This document shows positions 1 through 8,959 of a stretch of 59,796 nucleotides of DNA, in pieces (position 1 is the stretch's first letter; each line of letters begins with the position of its first letter). Below the pieces are notes generated by a model. It saw only the letters and a list, made by a program, of their open reading frames with translations, did not search any database and was not told the DNA's origin. Source of the stretch: a virus (taxonomy: Duplodnaviria; Caudoviricetes); IMG/VR virus record IMGVR_UViG_3300036773_000041, positions 1-59,796 of that record; one strand, given 5' to 3'. The position numbers and the translations under genes are program-made.

Positions 1-66
1 CGCTGTGGGGCGCCCCAAACCACCGGCCCCCCCCGACTGCCACCCATCCAACAAGGAGCACCAAGC

Positions 67-555
67 ATGAAGGCACTCGCGCGCAGCCGAAAGGCGCTCG
101 CTCTGATCGCCGTCGGCATTCTCGCGGCGATCGGCATAGCGCTCGGCGTCACGGCAGCCACGGCCAGCGTCCCCGACAGCAGCGGCATGATCCACGCCTG
201 CTACACGACCAGCAGCGGAGCGCTCCGGATCATCGACACCGATGCCGGCGGCGCCTGCTACAGCTACGAGACCGCGATCTCCTGGCCGTCGTCCACCCCG
301 ACACTGAAGTACTTCGCCGGCACGGCGACAGCCACCCTCAATGGCAGCAGCGTCCAGTTCACGGTCACCTGCACAGACGGTGGCGTCCCCGCCAACATCT
401 TCGTCAACGACGGAAACGATGGGAACTACCGCTACCCGAATTCGGTTTCCGCCGGCGGCCCATACCTCCATTTCAGTAACAGCGTCCCGGACGGATTCAC
501 GGTGCCAGAGGGAACGTCTGGCAGTTCTCATCCCTACGTCCTGATCTGCTCATAG
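67..555 (+). CDS. Secreted/membrane-anchored protein with HACY...C...W domain
   Basis: AAGGAG RBS; basic then hydrophobic N-terminal signal peptide; IHACY-x-GALRIID-x-C-x-ETAISW motif. Confidence 0.7.
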   Translation: MKALARSRKALALIAVGILAAIGIALGVTAATASVPDSSGMIHACYTTSSGALRIIDTDAGGACYSYETAISWPSSTPTLKYFAGTATATLNGSSVQFTVTCTDGGVPANIFVNDGNDGNYRYPNSVSAGGPYLHFSNSVPDGFTVPEGTSGSSHPYVLICS

Positions 556-571
556 AGGCGGAGACACCAGC

Positions 572-1030
572 ATGAAGCTCTACACCCTGACCGGCGCGGC
601 CGGCGTGTCACACGAGGACCACGGCGAGTTCGAGGTCGACGACGACGGCGGGGTCGAGCTCCCACCGGAGTTCGGCGAGTACCTGCACCGCACCCATGTC
701 GGCGGCGTCAAGTCGTGGGAGACCCAGACCGAGCGCCACGACCGCCTGATCGCCGAGGAGCTCGAGCGGCGCCGCGACCCGGCGCAGCTGTACGACCTCC
801 TCGCGCAGCAGATCGACCCGAAGCCCACCGACCCGGCCGAACTCAACGCCGAGGTGTTGCAGGCCGTCGTCGACGAAGCCGTCGCGAAGGCGGTCGACGC
901 TGAGCGGGCCCGTGTCGCTGCCGAAGCCCAGGCCAAGGCCGCAGCGGACGCTGCCGACGCCGCGACGCAGCCACCGGCCCCCGCCAAGCCCGCAGGCAAC
1001 GCGCGCGGCAAGAAGCCAGCCGGCGACTGA
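572..1030 (+). CDS. Hypothetical virion/head-associated protein
   Basis: GGAG RBS, typical high-GC3 codon use, located between capsid and head-tail genes. Confidence 0.65.
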   Translation: MKLYTLTGAAGVSHEDHGEFEVDDDGGVELPPEFGEYLHRTHVGGVKSWETQTERHDRLIAEELERRRDPAQLYDLLAQQIDPKPTDPAELNAEVLQAVVDEAVAKAVDAERARVAAEAQAKAAADAADAATQPPAPAKPAGNARGKKPAGD

Positions 1031-1033
1031 CCG

Positions 1034-1942
1034 ATGACGCTGCCGGCTGTCGCGGCCTATGTGCCGACCTACGCGACGGAAACGCCGTACCTGACGGTGC
1101 AGGAATTCCTGACCGCGCAGACCGGGGTCGACACGTCGCAGCTCGTCCCGAGCGGCACCAAGGCCGACAACGCCGCCGCCCTGGCGGAGCTGATCCTGCA
1201 GGCGTCGTCGGTCGCGAACGACTTCTGCCGGCAAGTGCTGGCCGCGACCAGCGACGTGCAGGTCGGTGAGTACCGGGTGTTCCCCGACGGCACGATCCGA
1301 GTGTGGGTCGCGTACACGCCGCTGATCATCGTCTCCGGGGTGAACGTCGGGGCGGTCGCCGGCCAGCTGGCCGCGTTGACAGACCTGTCGGGGCTGTGGG
1401 TGCGGGAGAAAGTGGTCCGCATCCCGACAGCTGGCCTCGCCCGCGCCTCGAGCTCACTGGGCGCGGCGACCGCCGGGCCGGGCTACCTGTTCGCCGAGGT
1501 CACCTACATCAACGGCTTCGCGAACACCGTCCTCGCCGCGGCGACGGCCGTAGGAGATCAGTCGGTCACGGTGAAGTCGCCGCTGGGCATCGTGCCTGGC
1601 CTCAGCCTCGGCATCTACTCCGGCGCGAACAGCGAGCAGATCACCGTCGCCCCGTCCTACACGATCGGCTCGACGACGGTGCCGCTCGCCGCCCCGCTGA
1701 CCTACGCCCACGATCCGTCCACGGTCGACGGGCAGGCGATCGCCGTGTCCGCGCTACCCGGTGCGGTCCGCCGCGCCGTCATCGCGTTGACCGCCTATCT
1801 GATCAAGACCCGCGGCGCGGAAGCGGTCGCGCTGGTGTCGCTCATGGAGCAGCCCAAGAAGACGCAGAAGATCGAGCCGGGCGGCGATGAGGACCTGATG
1901 ATCGCGACCCGGCTGCTGCTGCCGTTCCAGCGGGTCGCATGA
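1034..1942 (+). CDS. Head-to-tail adaptor-like protein
   Basis: N-terminal YLTVQEF and C-terminal LPGAVRRAVIAL...LLLPFQRV resemble gp6/gp15-like connectors; position fits. Confidence 0.6.
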   Translation: MTLPAVAAYVPTYATETPYLTVQEFLTAQTGVDTSQLVPSGTKADNAAALAELILQASSVANDFCRQVLAATSDVQVGEYRVFPDGTIRVWVAYTPLIIVSGVNVGAVAGQLAALTDLSGLWVREKVVRIPTAGLARASSSLGAATAGPGYLFAEVTYINGFANTVLAAATAVGDQSVTVKSPLGIVPGLSLGIYSGANSEQITVAPSYTIGSTTVPLAAPLTYAHDPSTVDGQAIAVSALPGAVRRAVIALTAYLIKTRGAEAVALVSLMEQPKKTQKIEPGGDEDLMIATRLLLPFQRVA

Positions 1943-2466
1943 GCTCCGCCGACGTCCGCGCCGCCGTCACCGACTTCCTGCAGTCACCGGCGCTGCCGGG
2001 CCTGTCGCAGTGGTTCAAGTCGCCGCCGTGGTTCGTCGACGGCGACACGTGGAACCTCGCCGACCAGCTCGGCTCCGGGTCGGTCGGCATGGTGCACCTC
2101 ACGGAGAAGTCCGAGTCGCGGATCACGATGCCCGCGATGCAGCCGCTGCAGCCGGGCGCCCCGATCGGGCAGAAAGCGGTCCGGTACAAGGTCGGCCTCG
2201 TCGTCCTCTACCAGTACCTGCTGCCGTCCTCGACGCTCACCCCGGTGCCGTCCGACGACTACGTCGGGCAGCTCGACGAGACCCTCGACGCGATCGAGGA
2301 CCGCCTGCGGTCGGACCCGAACCTCGGCAACGCCGACGTCGTGTTCCAGGCCGGGCAGGACCAGAACGACATCACGATCCACCGGGACCTGCCGCGACGG
2401 ACCACGGCGAAGGTCCTCGCCTGGACGGTCGTCGAATTCGCCCTCACCGAGATCATCAACGCGTAG
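1939..2466 (+). CDS. Tail completion/terminator-like protein
   Basis: ATGA overlap; LDAIEDRLRSDPNLG motif; lies upstream of the major tail gene. Confidence 0.55.
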   Translation: MSSADVRAAVTDFLQSPALPGLSQWFKSPPWFVDGDTWNLADQLGSGSVGMVHLTEKSESRITMPAMQPLQPGAPIGQKAVRYKVGLVVLYQYLLPSSTLTPVPSDDYVGQLDETLDAIEDRLRSDPNLGNADVVFQAGQDQNDITIHRDLPRRTTAKVLAWTVVEFALTEIINA

Positions 2467-2477
2467 GAGACGACACC

Positions 2478-2891
2478 ATGCCTGAGATCCGCCACTGCCG
2501 GTACACCAACGCCACCGAAGCGATCATGCAAGGCCTGTCCGTGGACGTGCATGCCACGATCGACGCCGGCCACGACCTCCCCGCGGGGTCCACAGTGGTG
2601 CTGCGCAACGGTGACGTGATCACCATGATCGACGAGGACCCCGACGCGCGGTACGAGCACGCCTGGCTCGAGGACCTCGACGACGAGCAGTGGGCCGAGG
2701 CTGTGGCCGCGCGCACGGCCGAGTTCGGCGTCGAACGCGCCGCAACCGAGGCGGATGCCGAGGAGAGCGACGAGGCGACGCCGAAGGCGAAGCGGCCACG
2801 CCGCGGCCGCCCGCAGACCGACGACACCAGCGGAGACGCCCAGCCGCCCGCAGACGCCGCGCCGAGCGGCGAGCAGCCACCCGCCGAATAG
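2478..2891 (+). CDS. Hypothetical protein (acidic, disordered C-terminus)
   Basis: AGGAG RBS before ATG 2478; 3' part of ORF 2010..2891. Confidence 0.6.
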   Translation: MPEIRHCRYTNATEAIMQGLSVDVHATIDAGHDLPAGSTVVLRNGDVITMIDEDPDARYEHAWLEDLDDEQWAEAVAARTAEFGVERAATEADAEESDEATPKAKRPRRGRPQTDDTSGDAQPPADAAPSGEQPPAE

Positions 2892-2957
2892 CCACAGCCC
2901 ACCTGCACAACCCGCCCACGGGCGGGGTCCTTGTCGCGTCTCCAGGAGGAGCCCGCC

Positions 2958-3947
2958 ATGCCCACCACGAACTACTACCCGTCGAACCTGCAGTGGGTCG
3001 GCGCGGCCAAGGAAGTCACCTACGGCACGGCGATCTCGGCTCCGACGTTCTGGATCCCGGTCGACTCGCCGAAGTGGTCGCCGAAGATCAACCCGCTGAC
3101 CGACCAGGCGACGCGTGGCCTGATGGGCATGGACTACCAGCAGGTCGCCGGGATGCGTTACGACGAACTCACGTACAAGACGTACATGTACATGGACTCG
3201 GTCTACCAGCATCTGATCGCGACGTTCGGCGGGCCCGACACCATCACCGGATCCTCGGACCCGTGGACCCACAAGACGTCGCTGTACAACGGGTCCGGCA
3301 CGAACGGGGCGCAGCCACCGTCGTACACCCTGTTCTATACCGACGCGGCCGGGAAGTCCTGGCAGATGCCCGGCTGCATGATCGTCACGAATAAGCTCGA
3401 CGTGAAGGTCGACGAGCTCGACACGATGGAGATCACGTGGAACGGGATGCCGGCCACGCCGATCACGATCCCGACGAACACGCCGACCACCGCGAAGCCG
3501 ATGCCCGCCTGGAACTCGATCATCACCATCGGCGGGGCCGCGACGTCGGCGTTCTCCGAGGTGTCGCTGGAGTACAAGCGCGACACCAAGGCCCTGAACA
3601 CGATGAACAACACCCAGTCGCCGCTGGCGATCTACTCCGGCGCGTTCTCCGTCGCCGGGTCGCTCACGGCCGTCTACCAGGGGTCGACCGACGTGAACCT
3701 CGTCGACTACCTCACCAACGTCCAGCCGCCGCTGACGGTGAAGCTGGCGCCCGTCGGTGACGCCGTGCACTCACTGACCCTGCAGCACTCCGTTGTCGCC
3801 TACGACGACGCGTCGCCGCAGGGATCCGGTGACTGGATGGAGGTGTCCGCGACGGTCAAGGCGCTGATGAACGCCACCGACGCCCTGGACTCCAAGCAGT
3901 CACCCGGGCAAGTCGTCTTCCTCAACGCCGCCGCAACAGCCTTCTAA
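2958..3947 (+). CDS. Major tail (tube) protein
   Basis: AGGAGG RBS; VGAAKEVTYGTA N-terminal motif typical of actinophage tail tube proteins; precedes chaperones and tape measure. Confidence 0.85.
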   Translation: MPTTNYYPSNLQWVGAAKEVTYGTAISAPTFWIPVDSPKWSPKINPLTDQATRGLMGMDYQQVAGMRYDELTYKTYMYMDSVYQHLIATFGGPDTITGSSDPWTHKTSLYNGSGTNGAQPPSYTLFYTDAAGKSWQMPGCMIVTNKLDVKVDELDTMEITWNGMPATPITIPTNTPTTAKPMPAWNSIITIGGAATSAFSEVSLEYKRDTKALNTMNNTQSPLAIYSGAFSVAGSLTAVYQGSTDVNLVDYLTNVQPPLTVKLAPVGDAVHSLTLQHSVVAYDDASPQGSGDWMEVSATVKALMNATDALDSKQSPGQVVFLNAAATAF

Positions 3948-3960
3948 GGAGCACATCCGT

Positions 3961-4452
3961 ATGTCGATCACCGTCGAGATCCCCGGTGGCAAAGCCACGT
4001 TCCGTTCCTCGCCGGAGGAGTTGACCGCGCGCCGCAAGCGCCCGGTCGAACTGATCGGCGCCCGCATCGGGCAGGTGTTCGGGGCGTTGCCGGCCGCTGC
4101 CCGGATCCTCGTCGACGGCGAGGTCCTCGAAGACCGCACCGAGGACCTGAAGGAAGACGGGACGCCGCTGTTCGCCGGGCCGGCCGTTGACCTGTCCGCC
4201 AAGCAGATCGAGCTGCTGTCGATGCTCAACGACGCGGTGACGTGGATGCTGCTCGAGTCGTGGACGCTCGACCTGCCGCTGCCGGAGTCGCCGGACGCGA
4301 TCCTCGACCTGCCCGGCCCGCTGTACGACGCGCTCCGCACCGAGGCGGCGAAGATCAACGCGGAGGTCGGTGACGGCGGGTTCACCGCCGACAGCGCCCT
4401 GCCGACCGACGATGACGTCGAGCCGGACTTCTCTCTCCCTTCTTTGGCCTGA
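3961..4452 (+). CDS. Tail assembly chaperone (gpG-like)
   Basis: AAGGAG RBS; LESWTLDLPLP motif; follows the major tail gene. Confidence 0.7.
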   Translation: MSITVEIPGGKATFRSSPEELTARRKRPVELIGARIGQVFGALPAAARILVDGEVLEDRTEDLKEDGTPLFAGPAVDLSAKQIELLSMLNDAVTWMLLESWTLDLPLPESPDAILDLPGPLYDALRTEAAKINAEVGDGGFTADSALPTDDDVEPDFSLPSLA

Positions 4453-4457
4453 GGAGA

Positions 4458-4703
4458 TTGCGCCGCGCTTATCAGGCCAAGCCCGGGTCACGCGAATACG
4501 TCGACCCGGCCACTGCGGCTATGGAACGGCAGTACCGGTACCGGCAGATCGTGCCGATGACCTGGGATCAGTACTTGGACGAGCCGCCCACGGTCGTGGA
4601 GTGGACGCTGCGCATCCACCAGATCCGGGAGGAGGCGCAGCATGCCCGTTCTCGGCCTCAAGGAACTGACGGCGGCCCTGCACAAGGTCAGCGCGGAAGC
4701 TGA
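4458..4703 (+). CDS. Tail assembly chaperone extension (gpT-like)
   Basis: Lies in the -1 frame of the previous gene and is open across its stop; WDQYLDEP motif. Confidence 0.55.
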   Translation: MRRAYQAKPGSREYVDPATAAMERQYRYRQIVPMTWDQYLDEPPTVVEWTLRIHQIREEAQHARSRPQGTDGGPAQGQRGS

Positions 4704-5052
4704 CCTCGCCGCCCGGGCGACGGTCCTGGACGCGGCGAAGCTGCTGGAGACGGCGGCGAAACACAACTTCGGCGGCGCCCACAAGAAGGGCGAGCCGCAC
4801 GTCCCGGCGTTCCAGAACGGGCACCCGATCCCGAACGTCGTCACCGGCACGTTGCGGCGTTCGATCCGCCATGACCCGCTGACCCGGTACGGGCTCGGCG
4901 AGTGGGGCACCCGCGTCGGCCCGTCGACCGCGTATTCGCGGCGGGTCGAGCTCGAGTACGGGTACGCGTTCTTCACCCCCGCCGCGGAGGGGATCGCGTC
5001 GAAGCTGCCGGAGATCGGCGCCGCGCACTGGCGGAAATTCCTGAAGCTCTGA
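4642..5052 (+). CDS. HK97 gp10-like tail completion protein
   Basis: VLGLKEL...PNVVTGTLRRSI...YSRRVELEYGYAFFTPA pattern. Confidence 0.75.
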   Translation: MPVLGLKELTAALHKVSAEADLAARATVLDAAKLLETAAKHNFGGAHKKGEPHVPAFQNGHPIPNVVTGTLRRSIRHDPLTRYGLGEWGTRVGPSTAYSRRVELEYGYAFFTPAAEGIASKLPEIGAAHWRKFLKL

Positions 5053-5070
5053 GCCCGGAAGGGGGCCGTC

Positions 5071-7986
5071 GTGTCGACCATGCTGCCCCCTCTGATCCAA
5101 GAGATGCGCGCCCGCTACGGATCCGTCTACGCGGAGAACGCGAAGGTCGAAGCGTCGAACGCGAAGATGGCGGCCGGCGCTGAGACGTCGACCGGCCGGG
5201 CCGGGCGGGCGTTCAACAAGACCGCTGCGGTCGGGAAGGCCGCGTTCCTCGGCATCGCCACCGGCGCGGTCGCCGTCGGGTACGAGTCGGTCAAGATGGC
5301 GTCGAAGTTCCAGTCGTCGATGACGCTGCTGCAGACCGCCGGCGGGGAGTCCGCGGCGAACATGAAGACCGTCTCCAACGGCGTGCTGTCCCTGGCGTCG
5401 GCGACGGGTACCTCGACTGATCAGCTCGCTGAGGGCATGTACACGATCGAGAAGGCCGGGATCCGTGGCGCCGACGGCCTGAAGGTGCTCCGCGCGGCGG
5501 CGGAGGGCGCGAAGGCGGAGAACGTCGACCTCGGCACCGCCACGAACGCGCTGACGTCGATCATGATGAGCTACCACATGTCGGCCACCCAGGCGACGTC
5601 GGCGGAGAACATGCTGATCGCCGGGGCTGGTATGGCGAAGACGTCGATGCAGTCCTACGCCGGGTCGCTCGCGTCGGTGCTGCCGGTTGCGTCGGCGGCC
5701 GGGATCTCGTTCGCGCAGGTCGGTGGCGCGATCGCCACCCTCACCCAGCACGGCACCTCGGCGGAGGAAGCCACGCAGGAACTCGCGAACACCATCCGCT
5801 CCCTGCAGGCCCCCAACCAGGTCGCTATGAAGGCGATGCAGCAGCTCGGCCTCAACGTCACCGACGTGTCGAAGAACCTCGGTAAGCGTGGCCTGACCGG
5901 CACGATCGACCTGGTCACCAACGCGATCAAGGCGAAGATGGGGCCGTCCGGGCTGGTCGTGGTCGACACGTTCAAGAAGTCGCAGGCCGCCGCGGCGGAC
6001 GCCCAGACCGAACTGTCGAAGATGCCTACGTCGCTGCAGCAGATCGCGAAGGGCTACCTCGACGGCACCGTCACCCAGACGAAGTGGCGCTCCGAGCTCA
6101 AGGGCATGAGCGTGGAGCAGCGGCAACTCGCGCAGCAGTTCGCCGGCACCGTCAACCAGTCCCGCGGCTTCAACGACCTCCTCAAGTCCGGGTCGCCTGC
6201 CGCGCAGACGTTCGCCGGCCAGCTGAACAAGGTCATGGGCGGCGCGACCGGCATGAACACCGCGCTCATGCTCGGCGGGGAAAACATGACCTACTTCAAG
6301 AAGGCGACCGCCGAGGTGGGTGCTGCCGGGCAGAAGACCGGCAAGGACGTGTCGTCGTGGGCGCAAACCCAGAAGAACCTGTCGGTGCAGCTCGCGCAGG
6401 CCAAGCAGGCCATCGAAGTGATCTCGATCCGCATCGGCACGTGGCTGATCCCGAAGGTGTCCGCCGCGTTGAAGATCGGCGCGTCGTGGATCACGTGGCT
6501 CGGTAAGCACAAGACGGTCGCGCTCGCCCTGGCCGGGGTGATCGGCGGGGCGCTGGTGCTGGCGATCACCGCGTGGATCGCGAAGATGGCCATCGCCGGC
6601 GCCACCTCGGTCATCAACTTCGTGAAGATGATCGCCCTCGGTCAGAAGTTCGCCGCCACCCAGGAGGCGTCGTTCTCCCGCGGCGCGGCCGCGGCGATCC
6701 GGTGGGTCGCGATCCAAACCGCATCCCTCGCGAAGGCGCTCGTGAAGGGCGCGATCTGGGCCGCCACCTCCATCGCCGAAGCCGTCAGCGTGGCGGCCGC
6801 GAACATCGCCTCAGCCGCCTCCACAGCCGCCGCGTGGGTCGCCGCGAACGCCGTGATGCTCCTCGCCGGCGGCGCGATCCTGCTGCTCCTCGCGGCGCTG
6901 GCGTTCGGCGCCTACGAACTGTTCAAGCACTGGTCCACGGTGTGGAACGGGATCAAGCGGATCGTCGGTGACGTCGTCGGGTTCGTGAAGAACCACCTGA
7001 CGCTGATCCTCACGTTCCTCCTCGGCCCCCTCGGCACCGCGATCGGTGTGATCGTCAAGCACTGGACGGGTTTCACCCAAGGCATCGCCGCCGCCACGAA
7101 GTGGGTGTGGTCGGTGATCAAACCGGTGTTCGACGCGATCGTGAAGGTCGGGCTGTGGATGCTCCGCGCCGACATCCTCGCCCTGGAAACGGTGTGGCGG
7201 GCGGTGTGGGGCGCGGTCACGGCGACCGCCCGCGGCACGTGGGCGGTGCTGCGCCCGATCTTTTCCGCGATCGTCACCGCCGGGCTGTGGCTGATCCGCA
7301 GGGAGGTCACGATCCTGCGGGACACGTGGCGCGCGATCTGGACAGCGATCGCGGTCACCACCCGCACCGCGTACAACGTCATCTCGACGATCTTCGGCTG
7401 GTTCGGTAAATATCTGTTCAAGCCGCTGCAGACCGCCGCGCAGGGCCTGTACAACTTTTTCCACACGATCTTCGGGTGGATCGCTGACGTCGTGCGGGCC
7501 TGCTGGAACGTCATCAAGCCGATCGTCGACGCGATCACCAAAGCCATCGACGCGGTCGCCAACGGCGTCGGCAAGGTCGGCGGGGTCCTCAAGAAGATCG
7601 GCGGCGCGGCAGGGAAGGTCGCCGGCTGGATGGGGTTCGAAGACGGCGGCATCGTCCCCGGCGGGAAGGGCTCGCCGATGCTCGCAATCGTCCACGGCGG
7701 CGAGTATGTGGTGTCGAACGCGATGCAAGCCGGCACCCAGCCGATCGCTAACAACGTCCTCAAGAACGTGTTCATGACCAGCGGCGGCGGCGGAGCCGGA
7801 GGAGGTCTCACCCCGGGCGGCGCCACCGCAGCCATGTCCGGCGGCGGCAGCGGCGACGTGTATGTGCAGGTCACGGTGCAGGGCAACGTCACCGCCGAGC
7901 GCGACCTGACGAAGTCGATCCAGGCGCAGCTTCTGCAGATGGGCACGTTCCGGTCGCAGACCTACCAGCCTTACCGGCGGTCATGA
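5071..7986 (+). CDS. Tape measure protein
   Basis: 971 aa, Ala-rich helical, TP901-type core, periodic Trp/Phe repeats, FEDGGIVPG...VHGGEYVV C-terminal motif. Confidence 0.93.
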   Translation: MSTMLPPLIQEMRARYGSVYAENAKVEASNAKMAAGAETSTGRAGRAFNKTAAVGKAAFLGIATGAVAVGYESVKMASKFQSSMTLLQTAGGESAANMKTVSNGVLSLASATGTSTDQLAEGMYTIEKAGIRGADGLKVLRAAAEGAKAENVDLGTATNALTSIMMSYHMSATQATSAENMLIAGAGMAKTSMQSYAGSLASVLPVASAAGISFAQVGGAIATLTQHGTSAEEATQELANTIRSLQAPNQVAMKAMQQLGLNVTDVSKNLGKRGLTGTIDLVTNAIKAKMGPSGLVVVDTFKKSQAAAADAQTELSKMPTSLQQIAKGYLDGTVTQTKWRSELKGMSVEQRQLAQQFAGTVNQSRGFNDLLKSGSPAAQTFAGQLNKVMGGATGMNTALMLGGENMTYFKKATAEVGAAGQKTGKDVSSWAQTQKNLSVQLAQAKQAIEVISIRIGTWLIPKVSAALKIGASWITWLGKHKTVALALAGVIGGALVLAITAWIAKMAIAGATSVINFVKMIALGQKFAATQEASFSRGAAAAIRWVAIQTASLAKALVKGAIWAATSIAEAVSVAAANIASAASTAAAWVAANAVMLLAGGAILLLLAALAFGAYELFKHWSTVWNGIKRIVGDVVGFVKNHLTLILTFLLGPLGTAIGVIVKHWTGFTQGIAAATKWVWSVIKPVFDAIVKVGLWMLRADILALETVWRAVWGAVTATARGTWAVLRPIFSAIVTAGLWLIRREVTILRDTWRAIWTAIAVTTRTAYNVISTIFGWFGKYLFKPLQTAAQGLYNFFHTIFGWIADVVRACWNVIKPIVDAITKAIDAVANGVGKVGGVLKKIGGAAGKVAGWMGFEDGGIVPGGKGSPMLAIVHGGEYVVSNAMQAGTQPIANNVLKNVFMTSGGGGAGGGLTPGGATAAMSGGGSGDVYVQVTVQGNVTAERDLTKSIQAQLLQMGTFRSQTYQPYRRS

Positions 7987-8945
7987 CCTACCCGTCCGGG
8001 CTGGTCGTCGTCGGCATCGCGAAAGAACCCGCCTACGGCACCGCGACCGTCCCGGTGATGTACCTGCCCGTCGCGCCGCCCGCACCGGGTGACGTCCACA
8101 CCCCGATCCCCGACACCGGGTGGCGTTCCTCCGCGGTCGACTCCTACGGCCACCAACCCGGCCCGCTCGAGGGCGCGGTCGCGTTGGCCGGCCCGGTGTT
8201 CGCCGACACCATCGGCTTCGCGCTGGCCGGGGTCCTCGGCGATGTGACCTCGGCCGGGTCGAACCCGACGACGCACACCATGGCGGCGTTGAACTCCGGC
8301 GAGCAGCAGCCGCCGTCGTACACGGTCACGACGTCGGATCCGGTGGGTGCGCTCGCCTGGGCCGGTTCGAAGTTCGCGTCGCTCACCCTGTCGGCCACCG
8401 CTGACGGTGCGCTGACGTGGGCGGGGCAGGTGCACAGCCAAGCTGCAGCCGCCGCCACCACCCCGGCCGCGGCCTACACCGCGCTGTCGCAGTTCGCGGG
8501 GTGGCGCGGCGTCGTGCAGCTCGGCGGCGCCACCGATACCAGGGTCGAATCCCTCGACGTCACCCTCGCCCGCACGGTCACGGCGAAACGCAACGTCGAC
8601 GGCGCCCGCGCGCCGTGGCTGCAACGCTCGGGGCCGCTGTCCGTCGCCGGGGCCATGACGATCGTCATGGCCAGCGACACGTACCGGCAGCAGTACGTCA
8701 ACGGCACCGTCACCTCCGTCGACATCAACTACCAGCAAGGCGCCGGTACCGGCTTGCAGCAGATCAAGCTGCACTGCTCGACCGTGACGTTCACCAACGT
8801 CGCCCGCACCTACAGCGGCTCGTGGGTCGAGCTCGCCGTCGCGTGGACTGCGGACGCCAACACCGCCGACGTCGGGGCGTCCGGCGGGTACTCGCCGGTC
8901 AAAGCCACGTTGAAGAACCTCGTCGCCGCCGGCGTCTACGCATAG
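7983..8945 (+). CDS. Second tail-tube-like protein (paralogue of the major tail protein)
   Basis: VGIAKEPAYGTA, THT, QPPSYT and SP-K motifs shared with 2958..3947. Confidence 0.75.
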   Translation: MTYPSGLVVVGIAKEPAYGTATVPVMYLPVAPPAPGDVHTPIPDTGWRSSAVDSYGHQPGPLEGAVALAGPVFADTIGFALAGVLGDVTSAGSNPTTHTMAALNSGEQQPPSYTVTTSDPVGALAWAGSKFASLTLSATADGALTWAGQVHSQAAAAATTPAAAYTALSQFAGWRGVVQLGGATDTRVESLDVTLARTVTAKRNVDGARAPWLQRSGPLSVAGAMTIVMASDTYRQQYVNGTVTSVDINYQQGAGTGLQQIKLHCSTVTFTNVARTYSGSWVELAVAWTADANTADVGASGGYSPVKATLKNLVAAGVYA

Positions 8946-8959
8946 GAAAGGGGCCCGCT

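Noticed and set aside
4519-6717. Long antisense and alternate-frame ORFs (also 8936..11257, 39058..40641, 56379..58361)
   Set aside because: Shadow ORFs of high-GC coding sequence overlapping well-supported genes; Arg/Gly-rich with no motifs.
8417-8959. N-terminal extension of the 1159-aa tail ORF
   Set aside because: Overlaps the tail-tube paralogue; the RBS supports a start at 8960 or 8963.
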